Assembly: GCA_963749495.1 (NCBI GenBank)
Contig: CAVVMW010000010.1
Location: 672,001 to 736,000, forward strand
Source of the DNA: an uncultured bacterium
GTDB taxonomy: Bacteria > Verrucomicrobiota > Verrucomicrobiia > Limisphaerales > UBA8199
DNA length: 64,000 bases
Reading direction: 5' to 3'
A program made the translations under genes and the position numbers. The notes beneath the pieces are model-generated. The model saw only the letters and a list, made by a program, of their open reading frames with translations. It had not been told where the DNA came from and did no database searches. Below are positions 50,309-61,473 of the stretch, in pieces (position 1 is the stretch's first letter; each line of letters begins with the position of its first letter).

Positions 50309-53300
50309 ATGGACCAATCGCCCCATCCGCCGGCCGGAACCGAGAAGGAGATTTTCTTCGAGGCATTGGAGAGGGACACCCCCGCCGAACGGGCCGCTTA
50401 CCTGGATGGGGCTTGCGGCCAAGACCTGGGCTTGCGCCATCGTGTGCAACTCTTGCTGGACCATCATTTTCAGCAAGACAGCTTCATGAAAGACGCGGCC
50501 GTGGACCATGACCCAAGGATCGGCACGGTGCCGTCGGCGGGCGAAGCGACGGTGCTCGTTCGCCCCGAGGAAGGTCCGGGCACGGTGATCGGGCGCTACA
50601 AACTACTCGAGAAGATTGGGGAAGGCGGGTTTGGGCTGGTCTATGTGGCCGAGCAGCGTGAGCCGGTCAAGCGGCGGGTGGCGCTGAAGGTCATCAAGCT
50701 GGGGATGGACACCAAGCAGTTCGTGGCCCGGTTCGAGGCGGAGCGGCAGGCGCTGGCTTTGATGGACCATCCCAACATCGCCAAGGTGCTCGATGCGGGG
50801 GCGACAGAGACCGGCCGGTCCTTCTTTGTGATGGAGTTGGTGAAGGGGATAACGCTTACCAAGTACCTGTGACCAGGAGAGGCTGGCCATGCGGGAGCGG
50901 CTGGATTTGTTCGTCAAGGTCTGCCACGCGATTCAGCATGCGCACCAGAAGGGGATCATCCATCGGGACATCAAGCCTTCGAACATCCTGGTGACGTTGC
51001 ACGATGGGGTGCCTGTGCCCAAGGTGATTGACTTTGGGATTGCCAAGGCGACGCAGGCCGAATTGACCGAGAAGACGGTTTATACGCAGTTCCAGCAGTT
51101 CATCGGGACCCCGGCCTACATGAGCCCGGAACAGGCGGAGATGAGCGGGCTGGACATCGACACGCGCAGTGACATTTACAGCCTGGGTGTGTTGCTCTAT
51201 GAACTGCTGACCGGGAGCACGCCGTTCGACACGAAGGAGTTGCTGCAGTCGGGACTCGATGAGATGCGCAAGATCATCCGGGAAAGGGAGCCGATGCGGC
51301 CTAGCACACGGCTTAGCCAAACGCGGGCCACACAGCGGCCAGGTTCCGGTGATTCCGCACTCCGCACTCCGCACTCCGCACTTGACGCCGACCTCGACTG
51401 GATCGTGATGAAATGCCTGGAGAAGGACCGGGCGCGGCGGTACGAGACGGCCAACGGCGTGGCGCAGGACATCGAGCGGCACCTGAAGCACGAGCCGGTG
51501 GTGGCCCGGCCGCCGAGCGTGGGGTATCGGCTGCAAAAGAGCTTCCGCCGGAACAAGCTGGTCTTCACGGCGGTGGGGGCGGTTGGTTTGGCGCTGGTGC
51601 TGGGGGTGCTGGTGAGCACCTGGCAAGCGGTTCTCGCCACGACAGCCAAGCGAAATGAGGCATCAGCGCGCCTGCGGGCCGACAAGGAGAAGGACCGCGC
51701 GGAGAAAGGGGAGCAGCAAGCCAGGGAGAGCGAACTGGCGGCGCGCCGGAACCTCTACGACGCTGACATGATCCTCGCCGGCCAGGCCCTCCAGGAAAAC
51801 GACCTCGGCCGCGCGCTGAGCTCTCTGAACCTTCACCGACCCGCCAAGGCCGGCGAGCGCGATCTGCGCGGATGGGAATGGCGTTACCTGTGGGATAAGT
51901 GCCGTAGCGACGAGTTGGCCACGATCGGCGAGCACGACGGCAACGTGCAATCCGTGGCCGTCTCTCCTGATGGGAAGTGGGTGGCCTCGGGCGGTTTTGA
52001 CAATCTGCTCAAAATCTGGGCGCTAGGTTCTGGAGCGGCGGGAGGGGAATGGGCGACCAATCTGCCCCTGGGCGGAGCAGGGGTTTCCAGCGTGGCCTTC
52101 TCTCTGGACGGGCGCTGGCTGGCCGCACGGACTTGGACCAATGGTTTTGTCGTGTTAAAGGTGCCGGGATGGGAGCGGGGAATGACGGTGACGAACACAG
52201 AAAGAGGGCAATGGGGTTCTCTCGCTTTCTCAGACGATAGCCGGTTTCTGGCCGTTGGGGGCGACGTGTGGAACTTGGATACTCGCACTCGCGTGCGCAC
52301 TTTGCCATGCAGGCAGTACAGCTGGGGAGGACCGGCACTCACTTGGTTGCCCCATTCACACACGCTTGCTGGGTTCGGTATGTCGAACGGCCTCTGCCGA
52401 GTTTCGTTATTCGACGTTCGTTCCAGCGACCAGGATACCACGGTGTCTGTGATATCCTTGGGAGCCAAACTCGGCGCGCCGCCAAAGCCGATGACCTTGG
52501 CTTTCTCATCGGATGGAAAGCATCTGGCTGTCGGCTGCATGGATGGCACCATCCGCATCCATGCTGCCAACGACTGGCGTGAGGTGAAAATGTTAACCAA
52601 CCACACCGCCGCGGTCAGTTCGCTGGCTTTCTCGAGGGACGGGCAACGGCTGGCCAGCGTGAGCTGGGACCACAGCATCCGAGTCTGGGGCACGCGCGAC
52701 TGGCAGGCCACGGCCACGTTGCACGGGCATCTGGAAGAGGTGTGGGCGGTCGCTTTCACCCCTGACGGCCAACGACTGGTCACCGGGTCCAAGGACCGTT
52801 CCGTGCGGCTCTGGCCGCTCGCCGCCCGGTCAAAGCCCGTCGAGCAAGTGACCGTGTCAGCCGAGGGCGCGGAATTCTTTGGCCTTTCCGGAATGTCTCC
52901 GTTCATGGTTGGCCCTTCGAACATTCTCACCGTCTGGGATGGGCAGACGCTCCAGGTCCGCCAGCGCCTCTCCAGTTATCCGGTCCCGAATGTCATTGGC
53001 TGGAGACCTTCGCCGGATGGCCGCATGCTTCTGATGATGACTACCGAAGGCGGCTTATGGCTGACGGACCTTGCGCCAGGCGCAGTTTCGCCGCCGGTCT
53101 GTCTGCAAACCAAGGGGCTCACGATTTAGGGAGACTGCCTTCTCAGACCAGGCGAAGTGGCTGGCGGTCGCGGACGGCAACGCACTCCGGGTCTGGGACC
53201 TGGATCACCAGCCTCCGCAGCCGGGATCCATGCTTGCGGCGGGGAAGTTCGGAGGCTTGCGTTTTTCCCGGGACGAACGCCTTCTCGGTGCCATCACCGG

Positions 53301-53802
53301 CCCCATCCGGACCGAGCTAACAGTCCTCGTTTGGGACGTAGCTTCGAGAAAGGAACTGGTCCGCTTTCAACCGCACCGTGACAACGTGACAGCTCTTGAT
53401 TTCTCTCCGGACCGCACGCTATTAGCCACGGTCAGTACTGACAATACGTGCAAGCTGTTCGATCTGCGGCGGCGGTCAACCAATGCCATCGCGACCTTGC
53501 GTGGCCACCTCATGTCGCTTGAGTCGGTGTGCTTCTCGCCCGATGGCCGTCGCTTGGCGGCATGCACGGGCGGCAGCGGCACCATCGGTGGCGGCATCAT
53601 CATCTGGGACCTGGAAAGCGCCCGCGAAGTGCTTTTCCTGAAACCACACGGGATCTCGGCAGTTGTTGCGGTGCGTTTCCTGCCGACCGGTGATTCGCTG
53701 CTGTCCATCGATGGAGACGGCTTACACCTCTGGCGCACGCCGTCGTGGGAAGAGATCAACACGGCAGAGAAAAGGACGGACCGCAACGCGCCGCAACGCT
53801 GA
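50309..53802 (+). pseudogene. Ser/Thr kinase + TM + WD40 repeats, frameshifts near 50866 and 53125
   Basis: GEGGFG, HRDIKPSN, DFG, SPE; RGWEWRYLW; WD repeats; ends WRTPSWEEI like the 24905 paralogue. Confidence 0.9.
51354..51381 (+). repeat. Heptamer tandem repeat (TCCGCAC)x4 inside the kinase gene
   Basis: Read directly; encodes SALRTPHSAL. Confidence 0.9.
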
Positions 53803-54215
53803 CCAGTTGATCCAAACGCTTTGCCTCCCACAGGCACATGGATGATCGAATGAACCACTACTTTGGCTATGAAACCGGCTGACGCCTGAGCCAAGGTGCT
53901 GGAGGCCGCGGCCACCGAGACGGGCAAGACGCTCGTCGGCATGGAATTGGTCCGTCGCTTCGAGCCAGGCCGCCTAAGACAACTACCTATGAAAAAAGGG
54001 AGAATCACTCCCTCACGCGTGAAGTGTTGCTTGACGCCGACAGATTTCGCCACCCAAGAACGGTGGCGGAAGTAGAAAACACAAAACCAAAAGGCGGGGC
54101 CTCCCACCTGAAACAGAAAGCAATGCAGAATATGAACATCAAAGCGTTTAACCATTCAACGAGAAGCGATACTTCCTCTCAACACCACGCCGGACGCAGG
54201 TTCGGCACAGGATCA

Positions 54216-55610
54216 ATGATGAAACCCAATAGTCTGTCCCGACGCCTGGCCGGGAATTTGCCGGGCGTCCTGCTGTGGCTCGCCGTTCTGCCTCTGGCCG
54301 CGCTCGGGCAGGCCAATTATGCCACACCCTACACCTTCATCACCCTAGCCGGAAAGGCGGGCAGTTCTGGCAGTGCGGACGGGACGAACAGCACCGCGCG
54401 GTTTTATTATCCTTGCGGCGTGGCGGTGGACAGCGCGGGCAACCTCTATGTGGCGGAGGGTGGCAACGAGACGATCCGTAAAGTGACCCCGGTCGGAACA
54501 AACTGGGTGGTGACGACGCTGGCCGGAAAGGCGGGCAGTTCTGGCAGTGCGGACGGGACGAACAGCACCGCGCGGTTCCATTTTTGGATTGGGAACTTCT
54601 TCTCTGGTTGCCTGGCGCTGGACAGTGCGGGCAACATCTATGTGCCCGACCCCGGCAATAGCACGATCCGGAAAGTGACGCCGGTCGGGACGAACTGGGT
54701 GGTGACGACTTTGGCCGGAAAGGCGGGCAGTTCTGGCAGTGCGGACGGGACGAACAGCGCCGCGCGGTTTAATTATCCTTCCGGCGTGGCGGTGGACAGC
54801 GCGGGCAACCTCTATGTGACGGAGTGGGTCAACTGCACGATCCGGAAAGTGACGCCGGTCGGAACAAACTGGGTGGTGACGACCCTGGCCGGAAAGGCGG
54901 GCTATGCTGGCAGCGCGGACGGGACGAACAGCGCCGCGAGGTTTAATGGTCCTGCCGCCGTGGCGGTGGACAGCAATGGCAACCTCTATGTGGCGGACGG
55001 GTCCAGCGACACGATCCGGAAGGTGACTCCGGTCGGGACGAACTGGGTGGTGACGACCCTGGCCGGAAAGGCGGGCGTTGCTGGCAGCGCGGACGGGACG
55101 AACAGCGCCGCGCGGTTTAATCTCCCTAGCGACTTGGCGGTGGACAGCGCGGGCAACCTCTATGTGGCGGATGTGGAGAACACGATCCGGAAAGTGACGC
55201 CGGTCGGAACAAACTGGGTGGTGACGACGCTGGCCGGAAAGGCGGGCAATTCTGGCAGTGCGGACGGGACGGGGAGCGCCGCGCGCTTCAGTTTTATGGG
55301 CTGTGGTTCCGTGGCGGTGGACAGCAATGGCAACCTCTATGTGGCGGACTTTTCGAACAACACGATCCGCAAAGGATACCCGGCACTCGCAATTACCTCC
55401 TCCGCACCAAGTTTCGGCTTCAAGGGCGGACTGTTCGGCTTCACGCTGAGGGGGCCGTCGGGGCAGTTGGTGGTCGTCGAAGCTTCCACCGATTTGTCGA
55501 ACTGGCTGCCTGTCTGCACCAACACCCTCACTTTCCCGGCTGCTCTTACGTTTAGTGACCCGCAGAGCGGCGTCTATTCCAATCGGTTTTACCGCGCCTA
55601 TGCGCCGTAG
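54216..55610 (+). CDS. Secreted NHL-repeat beta-propeller protein with C-terminal domain
   Basis: Signal peptide; six ~60-aa repeats TLAGKAG..GSADGTNS.ARF..P..VAVDS.GNLYV; VVEASTDL..W...FYRA tail. Confidence 0.9.
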   Translation: MMKPNSLSRRLAGNLPGVLLWLAVLPLAALGQANYATPYTFITLAGKAGSSGSADGTNSTARFYYPCGVAVDSAGNLYVAEGGNETIRKVTPVGTNWVVTTLAGKAGSSGSADGTNSTARFHFWIGNFFSGCLALDSAGNIYVPDPGNSTIRKVTPVGTNWVVTTLAGKAGSSGSADGTNSAARFNYPSGVAVDSAGNLYVTEWVNCTIRKVTPVGTNWVVTTLAGKAGYAGSADGTNSAARFNGPAAVAVDSNGNLYVADGSSDTIRKVTPVGTNWVVTTLAGKAGVAGSADGTNSAARFNLPSDLAVDSAGNLYVADVENTIRKVTPVGTNWVVTTLAGKAGNSGSADGTGSAARFSFMGCGSVAVDSNGNLYVADFSNNTIRKGYPALAITSSAPSFGFKGGLFGFTLRGPSGQLVVVEASTDLSNWLPVCTNTLTFPAALTFSDPQSGVYSNRFYRAYAP

Positions 55611-56099
55611 CAATCTCTGACCATCACGGAGCCGGTGCTGACTGTCCTCTGGCGCAAGCGGACCGTGTTGCCGGGAACGAGCGCGACGATGTCCGTCGGC
55701 GGCCAAATGACCAATGCCCTTGGCTTTCAGTGGCAGCTTAACGGCAGCGACATCCCAGGACAGACCAACCAGACGCTCGTGGTTGCCAGCGCCGGTTTGG
55801 CTGACGCCGGCCAATATCGCCTCGCTATCCAGAGCCCCACGGGCCTGGTGCTCAGGCCCGCGGCCAATTTGATGGTATTGTCCCACCAGCCTCAGTTAGT
55901 GGCACTGCCGTTGACCAACGGCCTGTTCGCGCTCCAGGTGAGCGAGAGCGTCACCCCGGGGCTGATGATCCAGGCCTCGACCAACTTGGCCGATTGGGTC
56001 GCGGCCCTTACCAACAAGACCACCAACGCCTCACTCATATTCCGGGACCCCGCGACCAGCCGGTTTCCCCGGCGCTATTACCGTACAACCACACCGTGA
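55611..56099 (+). pseudogene. C-terminal fragment of a secreted protein (Ig domain + C-terminal domain)
   Basis: FQWQLNG..IPGQTN.TL......DAG.Y; IQASTNL.DW...YYR; no signal peptide. Confidence 0.65.
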
Positions 56100-56248
56100 G
56101 GGTTGGGTAGGTGGGGGCCGGGTGATGAGCCTTCAGTCGTGAATTGGCAGGGGCAGGGAGGCAAGCTCCCCATATCTTGTCACTGAAACCAAATTGATGG
56201 TGCTGGAGGCAGAGCGGCGAGTATCCTTCGAGTTTAGCAGCGCGGTGG

Positions 56249-57190
56249 CTACCTGGTTGAAGAAGCTCCCGGTTCCCACTGGTACACGAGGATCTTGGAT
56301 TTCCAGTCCTCCTCGACCAGGATCAGGTATTCGCCGTTGGAACGGCGGATGGCCTGGATGCCTTCGGGGATATCCACCCAGCCGACGGCATCGCCGGGCA
56401 GGTCGCCGCCAACCTCCGGACCCGGCTTGAGATGGCCTACGCTGGCGCCCGTTTGCGCGTCATCCACCTCGATACGCCCGCCCACGACATAAACCACGAA
56501 CACGTAATCACCAGCCACACTCATTGAGGCCGGCTTGCCCTTCCAGCTTCCATCGGCAATGTAATCGGGGATGATTTGCCAGCGAGGCCCGCCCGGGCCT
56601 TTGCTCCAATGGTCGTAGCGGGAGATCACCCGCCCCATCACCTTCCACAGGCCCTCGTGGTGCGGGCGGTCGGCGGTGTAGCCCGCAAGGTACAACGTGT
56701 CGGTGGCCGCGAAATAGTAAATGCGCTCCAGGCGCGTGAAGGGCGCGGGCATGGGCATGGTCACCAGCGAGGTGAAATCGTAGATGGGATTCCCTTGGGC
56801 ATCCAGACCGTGGCATTCGAGCCTGCGGATGTCGGCGTTCTGCGTGGCCTGCCACACATCGCCCGCGCTGTCCACCCATCAGCCCCATAAATGCGGATCT
56901 CGTTCGCCCCCGGGCAACTGACATAAAGCCGATGCTCGCCAGCGCAAAGGCCGGCGATGCCGTCGCCGGCCTTTTCTGGGGCCTCGATAACGACCAGGAA
57001 GCATCCCTTGAGGGTGTCGCCTTCGCCACCCTTGCCGCCGGAAAACGGCGCACCGTGAGTGACGTCCGCCCGCAGGCGTCGGGAAACGCCGTACCAACTC
57101 AAGCCCTTGGCGGGCCAGGCATTGGTGCCTTTGAGGTGCCCGCCTTGGTTCCCCACACGCTGGGCGATAAACAGGCGGTTGCCTGGCGGT
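56249..57190 (-). pseudogene. Internally deleted beta-propeller-like protein fragments
   Basis: IAGL......LYVS....N.IRIY (56761 frame) abuts WVDSAGDVW...GWVDIP.GI.A..RSNGEY....EED...K...Y.W at ~56880. Confidence 0.55.
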
Positions 57191-57331
57191 CCACCGCGGA
57201 GCAAGGGAAACCCTCCTCCCAGTCTTCCAGTGGAGAGGAAAGCTCCGCTCAAGTGAACCAGCGGCCATGGGAAATCCAGCCAAACGAAAAACAACAACCG
57301 CTCGCAAGAGCACAACAAGAAAGGAAGACAG

Positions 57332-58237
57332 ATGAAGTTACAGGCAATTCGGTTGACAGTCATCGGGACCGTCGCGGCGGTCATCAGAAGGCTCACGTCC
57401 ATGCAATACGCCGAGCAACCGGTCGAAATCATCGGCTTTGACACCGAGGCGCCCGGCGCGCAGCCCAGGCCACGCGCGGTGGAGGCTACCGCCGGATTGA
57501 GCAGGCCCAAGTGCCCGTTCAACAAGTCGATCCCCGAATCGGCGCTCCCGCGGGTCAAGGACAACCCGAAACTCCTGGATGTCCAGGCCGGCCTCAAGCT
57601 GATCGGCTGTGAAAACCCTGACGAGTTGTGGAATTACAGGTTCCCGGCAGGCACTGCCGCCTCGCGGCTCAAGCAGGTCATCGGGTGGGAAAGGACCGGA
57701 GGGCCTTCGGGTGAGTGTTGCGCCTCCTACCCCGCTCCCAATGGGCAATCCGGGTTGCCGTTGCCCACGAGGCCAATGAAGGCCGTCGAGGTGCTCCGCG
57801 GGCGGGAGGGGCGGGAGAGCGCGGATGGCGCGGTCCCTATCCTCGAGCGCATTCCCAGCAACGGCAAGGGCCGGGTGAAGGCCAAACCGGACAACACGGT
57901 CCGCGTGCTCAACTCCCCGGCGAGCCGGGGACCGACGACCATCGGTGACATCGTCGGGATGCCCGCCGCCGATGTGCCCAACACGGAGCTTGTCCGCAAA
58001 GGCGGGCAGAACGGGCGCATCCTCATCAAGGAGAGCCTGGCCAAGCTGGGCCTCAGTGACGCGAAACTGCTCTGGGCGACGCAGTGGCCCACCCACAGCG
58101 CCGCCCATGCGTTGCGCATGGCGATTATGGCCGGCGTCCGCACCGGCGACCCGGCGGTCGAGGGCCTCGGCATCACCAAAGCGTTCCTCGACGAGCACCA
58201 GAAGAAGAGGAGCACAACGCCAGCGTCCACCGCATAG
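57332..58237 (+). CDS. Hypothetical protein
   Basis: 301-aa ORF, AAGGAAG upstream, GC-rich third positions, terminator downstream. Confidence 0.7.
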   Translation: MKLQAIRLTVIGTVAAVIRRLTSMQYAEQPVEIIGFDTEAPGAQPRPRAVEATAGLSRPKCPFNKSIPESALPRVKDNPKLLDVQAGLKLIGCENPDELWNYRFPAGTAASRLKQVIGWERTGGPSGECCASYPAPNGQSGLPLPTRPMKAVEVLRGREGRESADGAVPILERIPSNGKGRVKAKPDNTVRVLNSPASRGPTTIGDIVGMPAADVPNTELVRKGGQNGRILIKESLAKLGLSDAKLLWATQWPTHSAAHALRMAIMAGVRTGDPAVEGLGITKAFLDEHQKKRSTTPASTA

Positions 58238-58260
58238 TTTGCTGAGTGCCTGGTTGACAC

Positions 58261-58299
58261 GCCCTGGCGGGCTCGCTCGCGGCGCGCCAGGGCCTTTTT
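58261..58299 (+). terminator. Putative intrinsic terminator
   Basis: GCCCTGGCG...CGCCAGGGC stem followed by CTTTTT. Confidence 0.65.
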
Positions 58300-58522
58300 G
58301 TGTCGCCTGAGGAGGTCAAAGGCGGTGTAGGCCCGCGCGGTTTTCCGGCAGTCAAGCCTGCTTGCATCGGGGACGGGCCAAGAGCGAGGCTCTTGTGAGG
58401 GTCTCCTCTGCCTCGACTTTTCCCTGCACTCCAAAATTGGCTTCGCCCAAAAGTCCCAGCCGTGAAAGCCAGATAGCTGGCTAACAAGAAATCCAGAGAG
58501 AACAACGAAAGGACCAGAACAA

Positions 58523-59866
58523 ATGGAACCAGAAGCGACTATCCATAACAGAACCGCCGAAGGCCAGACGACCACAAGGGGCGAGCCCGCCCACGGCACC
58601 GATTCTGCGATGCCGCTGACCGTGGCGGAGGCGGAGACTGTCTGGCGAGGCCTGGCACGCGTTGCGCAGCGGAGCTTCGCGAGCTTAGGTCCCAGGCAGG
58701 GCGCTTGGTTTGTCGGCCAGCACGGAGGCGAGTTGGCCGCGATTGTCCTGCACCAGGACGGTCAGATCGGGGTCTATGCCTATGAGGGCCATCCAGCGCT
58801 TCTCCGGGCCGTGCCGAGTTTCATCCACTCGGCGGGCCGTCACTCGTTGGTGGAAACGATTCGCTCGAAAAGCCCGGCGGGGGTCGGTGGCACACTGGCC
58901 TGGCACCAAACCGCGGACGAGTTGGCTGAGGTCTTGCACGGCTTCTTCCTGTTCCACGCCACCAAGCCACTCCCGACGAAGAGACCCCTGGAAATGTATG
59001 ACGCCTCCAAGATGACCATGCGCACCGGCAGCGTGGTGTCCATCCTCGAAGCTGCGCTCCAGACGGCGATAAAGGTCGCCAAACTATCCGATGAGAGCGC
59101 CTTCAAAGACGCTTGGGCGCGCGCGGCCCTGGCCTACGTCGTGGATGAGGGGAGCGACCTCCAGGTGTTGACGGAGGCCGGCGCCAGGAAGCTGGATGTT
59201 CTCCGCGCCTGCAACGTCCACAGAACCAGGCATGATTTGGTGGCGCAGGCTCAGGTGATGAAGCTGATGATCGAAACTCGAGAGGAGATTGCCGCGATGC
59301 AAGCCGCAACGGACCCCGGATTGCCGTATCATGAGGCGCAGCGTGCCTGTCTGACGGCATTCCGACGCGCTCACGCACTGGCTTGCAACGGCAAGACCAA
59401 CCACCCCAAAGCCCTCTCACAGCGGCTTATCAAAGGGCTTCTCATCGCCCATGTCGCCAGGGCCCGTCTGGCAATCGGCAGCTTGGTCGAGGCGGTGACG
59501 CCGGATCTGGCGGCCCGCTACGGGAGGACATGGCCGCGTATGCAAACAGTAGAAGTCGTGGTGCTGGGCAGGGCGAGCTTTGAGTTGTGCATTCGCCAGG
59601 ACGTTGAGTCGGCGGCTGGGGCTTTCAAGCTCCTGGATGAGGATGGAACGGTCCTGGACCCCCCGCGGGTCGTTCTGAGGACACAGGGGGTGCTCCTTGA
59701 CCCGGGGACCATATATCACGAGTGGGAGCACGTCCGTCAGCATATGGCCTCGACAGTGTCGATTTTGGATTTCACCCCACGGCAATTGCACTCCGAGGAA
59801 GCAACCGAGTGCAAAGCGATACAGGTCGCGGCCGAGTTACTTTCCGAATTTGGGATTCTGTATTGA
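58523..59866 (+). CDS. Hypothetical protein with C-terminal HExxH (possible zincin metallopeptidase)
   Basis: 447 aa; TIYHEWEHVRQ followed by a distal E..A (EEATECKA). Confidence 0.65.
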   Translation: MEPEATIHNRTAEGQTTTRGEPAHGTDSAMPLTVAEAETVWRGLARVAQRSFASLGPRQGAWFVGQHGGELAAIVLHQDGQIGVYAYEGHPALLRAVPSFIHSAGRHSLVETIRSKSPAGVGGTLAWHQTADELAEVLHGFFLFHATKPLPTKRPLEMYDASKMTMRTGSVVSILEAALQTAIKVAKLSDESAFKDAWARAALAYVVDEGSDLQVLTEAGARKLDVLRACNVHRTRHDLVAQAQVMKLMIETREEIAAMQAATDPGLPYHEAQRACLTAFRRAHALACNGKTNHPKALSQRLIKGLLIAHVARARLAIGSLVEAVTPDLAARYGRTWPRMQTVEVVVLGRASFELCIRQDVESAAGAFKLLDEDGTVLDPPRVVLRTQGVLLDPGTIYHEWEHVRQHMASTVSILDFTPRQLHSEEATECKAIQVAAELLSEFGILY

Positions 59867-60025
59867 ACACGGGGCTTCTGACCTGGCGAAGCAACTTCCG
59901 CCGGGCGGCCTTCCTGCGGCGGCCAGCCGTTTCGGTGCCGCTGGACGCGAATGACACCGGGTTGAATGCTGGCTTGCGGCTCACACAATCCACCTTCCCG
60001 GGCAAGCACGCCCACGCCGGCGTCC

Positions 60026-60587
60026 TCAAGGCACTGCCCAATGCACGGTCAACGGCCCGTCCGGGCCATAGACCGGATCGGCTTTCGGCAGAGGGACACG
60101 GCCGATGTTGCTGTCGGCCCGCGGGCGTTCTCCGGGCCGCCCATAATTCATGTCCCAGTCCTGTCCCTCGGGATAGGCGCCCACGACGCCGAAATCAGCA
60201 GTTGAACCGAGGTTCTTGTGGGCCACGCCGGCGGGAATGACGATGGCGTCGCCGGGATGAACCTCCTGAAGGACGCCCCGCTCCCCGCCCAACTGCACCT
60301 TCGCCGACCCGCGGTAAACGCCAAGCACTTCATGCGCCGTGCTGTGGTAGTGGTGATATGGATAGATCCCGTCTCGCCAATTCCCCTCCCAGCCATTGGC
60401 CGCAAATAGTTGTTCAAAAGTGGCCGCGGGATCATGCTCCGGCAGCCGCACGGCCCGGCGATACACCAGCAACGGGAGCCGGCTGTTCGGGAAAAACGCC
60501 GTCATCCCTCAAGTGCTTGGCCAACACATCGGGCTCATTGACGGTTTGTTCGAGCTGTGGAGTGCCTGCGATGGCTCGCTTATTCAT
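60026..60587 (-). pseudogene. Cupin domain protein (YjlB-like), frameshift in homopolymer near 60495
   Basis: DDG.FPNS.LPLL.Y; HHYHSTAHEVL; GD...IPAGVAHK; VVGAYP.G. Confidence 0.85.
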
Positions 60588-60776
60588 AGCAGTCCTCTCG
60601 ATCAAACTACGCCGCATCGCCACCGAATCAAGACCGAGGCCACGTTGAGGGTCTGCTCTGCCCGGCCTTCGTGCAGCGAGCACTGTAAATCGGCTTCGCC
60701 CAGGAAGGCTCCCGGGTGGAGGCCGAATGCCCGGCAAACACAAAATCAATTGACATCAATCGTCAGCGACAACGCC

Positions 60777-61385
60777 ATGAAACCCGATAGCACCCCATTC
60801 CGACCCGATCCAAACCTCCCTCCCTTCGTGCAAGGCCCGCCGCAGGCTCAACTCGACTCTCTTCTCGACCTCGCCCAGGGACACGCGGAGGACGCAATGC
60901 GCGAAGACGGTGCATTGTTGCCCTCTATCTTCGCGGCCTCGCCTGACGGCCTGTTCCTGCTCGGCTCGAAGCCGGTGAACGAGGAGCTGGAGAAAAAGGA
61001 ATTCGCCACCGATGCCCGCCTCATTTGCACTGCCCAGGCCGCCACCGCAGTGGTCCTGGCGGTGGAGGCCTGGGTGCTCGAGGCCAGGCCGGGCGAGCGC
61101 CTGCTCCCGGGCCTGAGACCCTCGGAATCGTCCGGGCGCAAGGAGTGCATCGTGCTCAGCGGCGAGGCCGTAGGCGGATTCCACAAGCAGCGCTTGCAGC
61201 CCATCCTTCGGGACCAGAGCGGCCACTTCTCGGGCCTGGGAACTGCCATCGTGCCACCTCCCGAGCCGCCTGAGGGGCCTTTGGCCAGGCTACTGCCCGA
61301 GGCGCCGCCAACACCGGAGGTCCGCGCCTTCGCCGCCGCTTTGCTCAAGGCCCGCGGCGTGAACTTGGTCGAGGCCTCGCCATAA
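60777..61385 (+). CDS. Hypothetical protein, unknown family C
   Basis: Paralogue of 48191-48844. Confidence 0.8.
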   Translation: MKPDSTPFRPDPNLPPFVQGPPQAQLDSLLDLAQGHAEDAMREDGALLPSIFAASPDGLFLLGSKPVNEELEKKEFATDARLICTAQAATAVVLAVEAWVLEARPGERLLPGLRPSESSGRKECIVLSGEAVGGFHKQRLQPILRDQSGHFSGLGTAIVPPPEPPEGPLARLLPEAPPTPEVRAFAAALLKARGVNLVEASP

Positions 61386-61473
61386 AGACGCCTCCGGCCA
61401 CAAGAGAACCAAGCCAAACACAAGCCGTGAGACAACCAAATCCAACTCGATTACGCGAAGTCCCGCGCTACTT

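Noticed and set aside
54340..55380. ~180-bp tandem repeats resembling an array
   Set aside because: In-frame NHL protein repeats; no constant-repeat/unique-spacer CRISPR structure and no cas genes.
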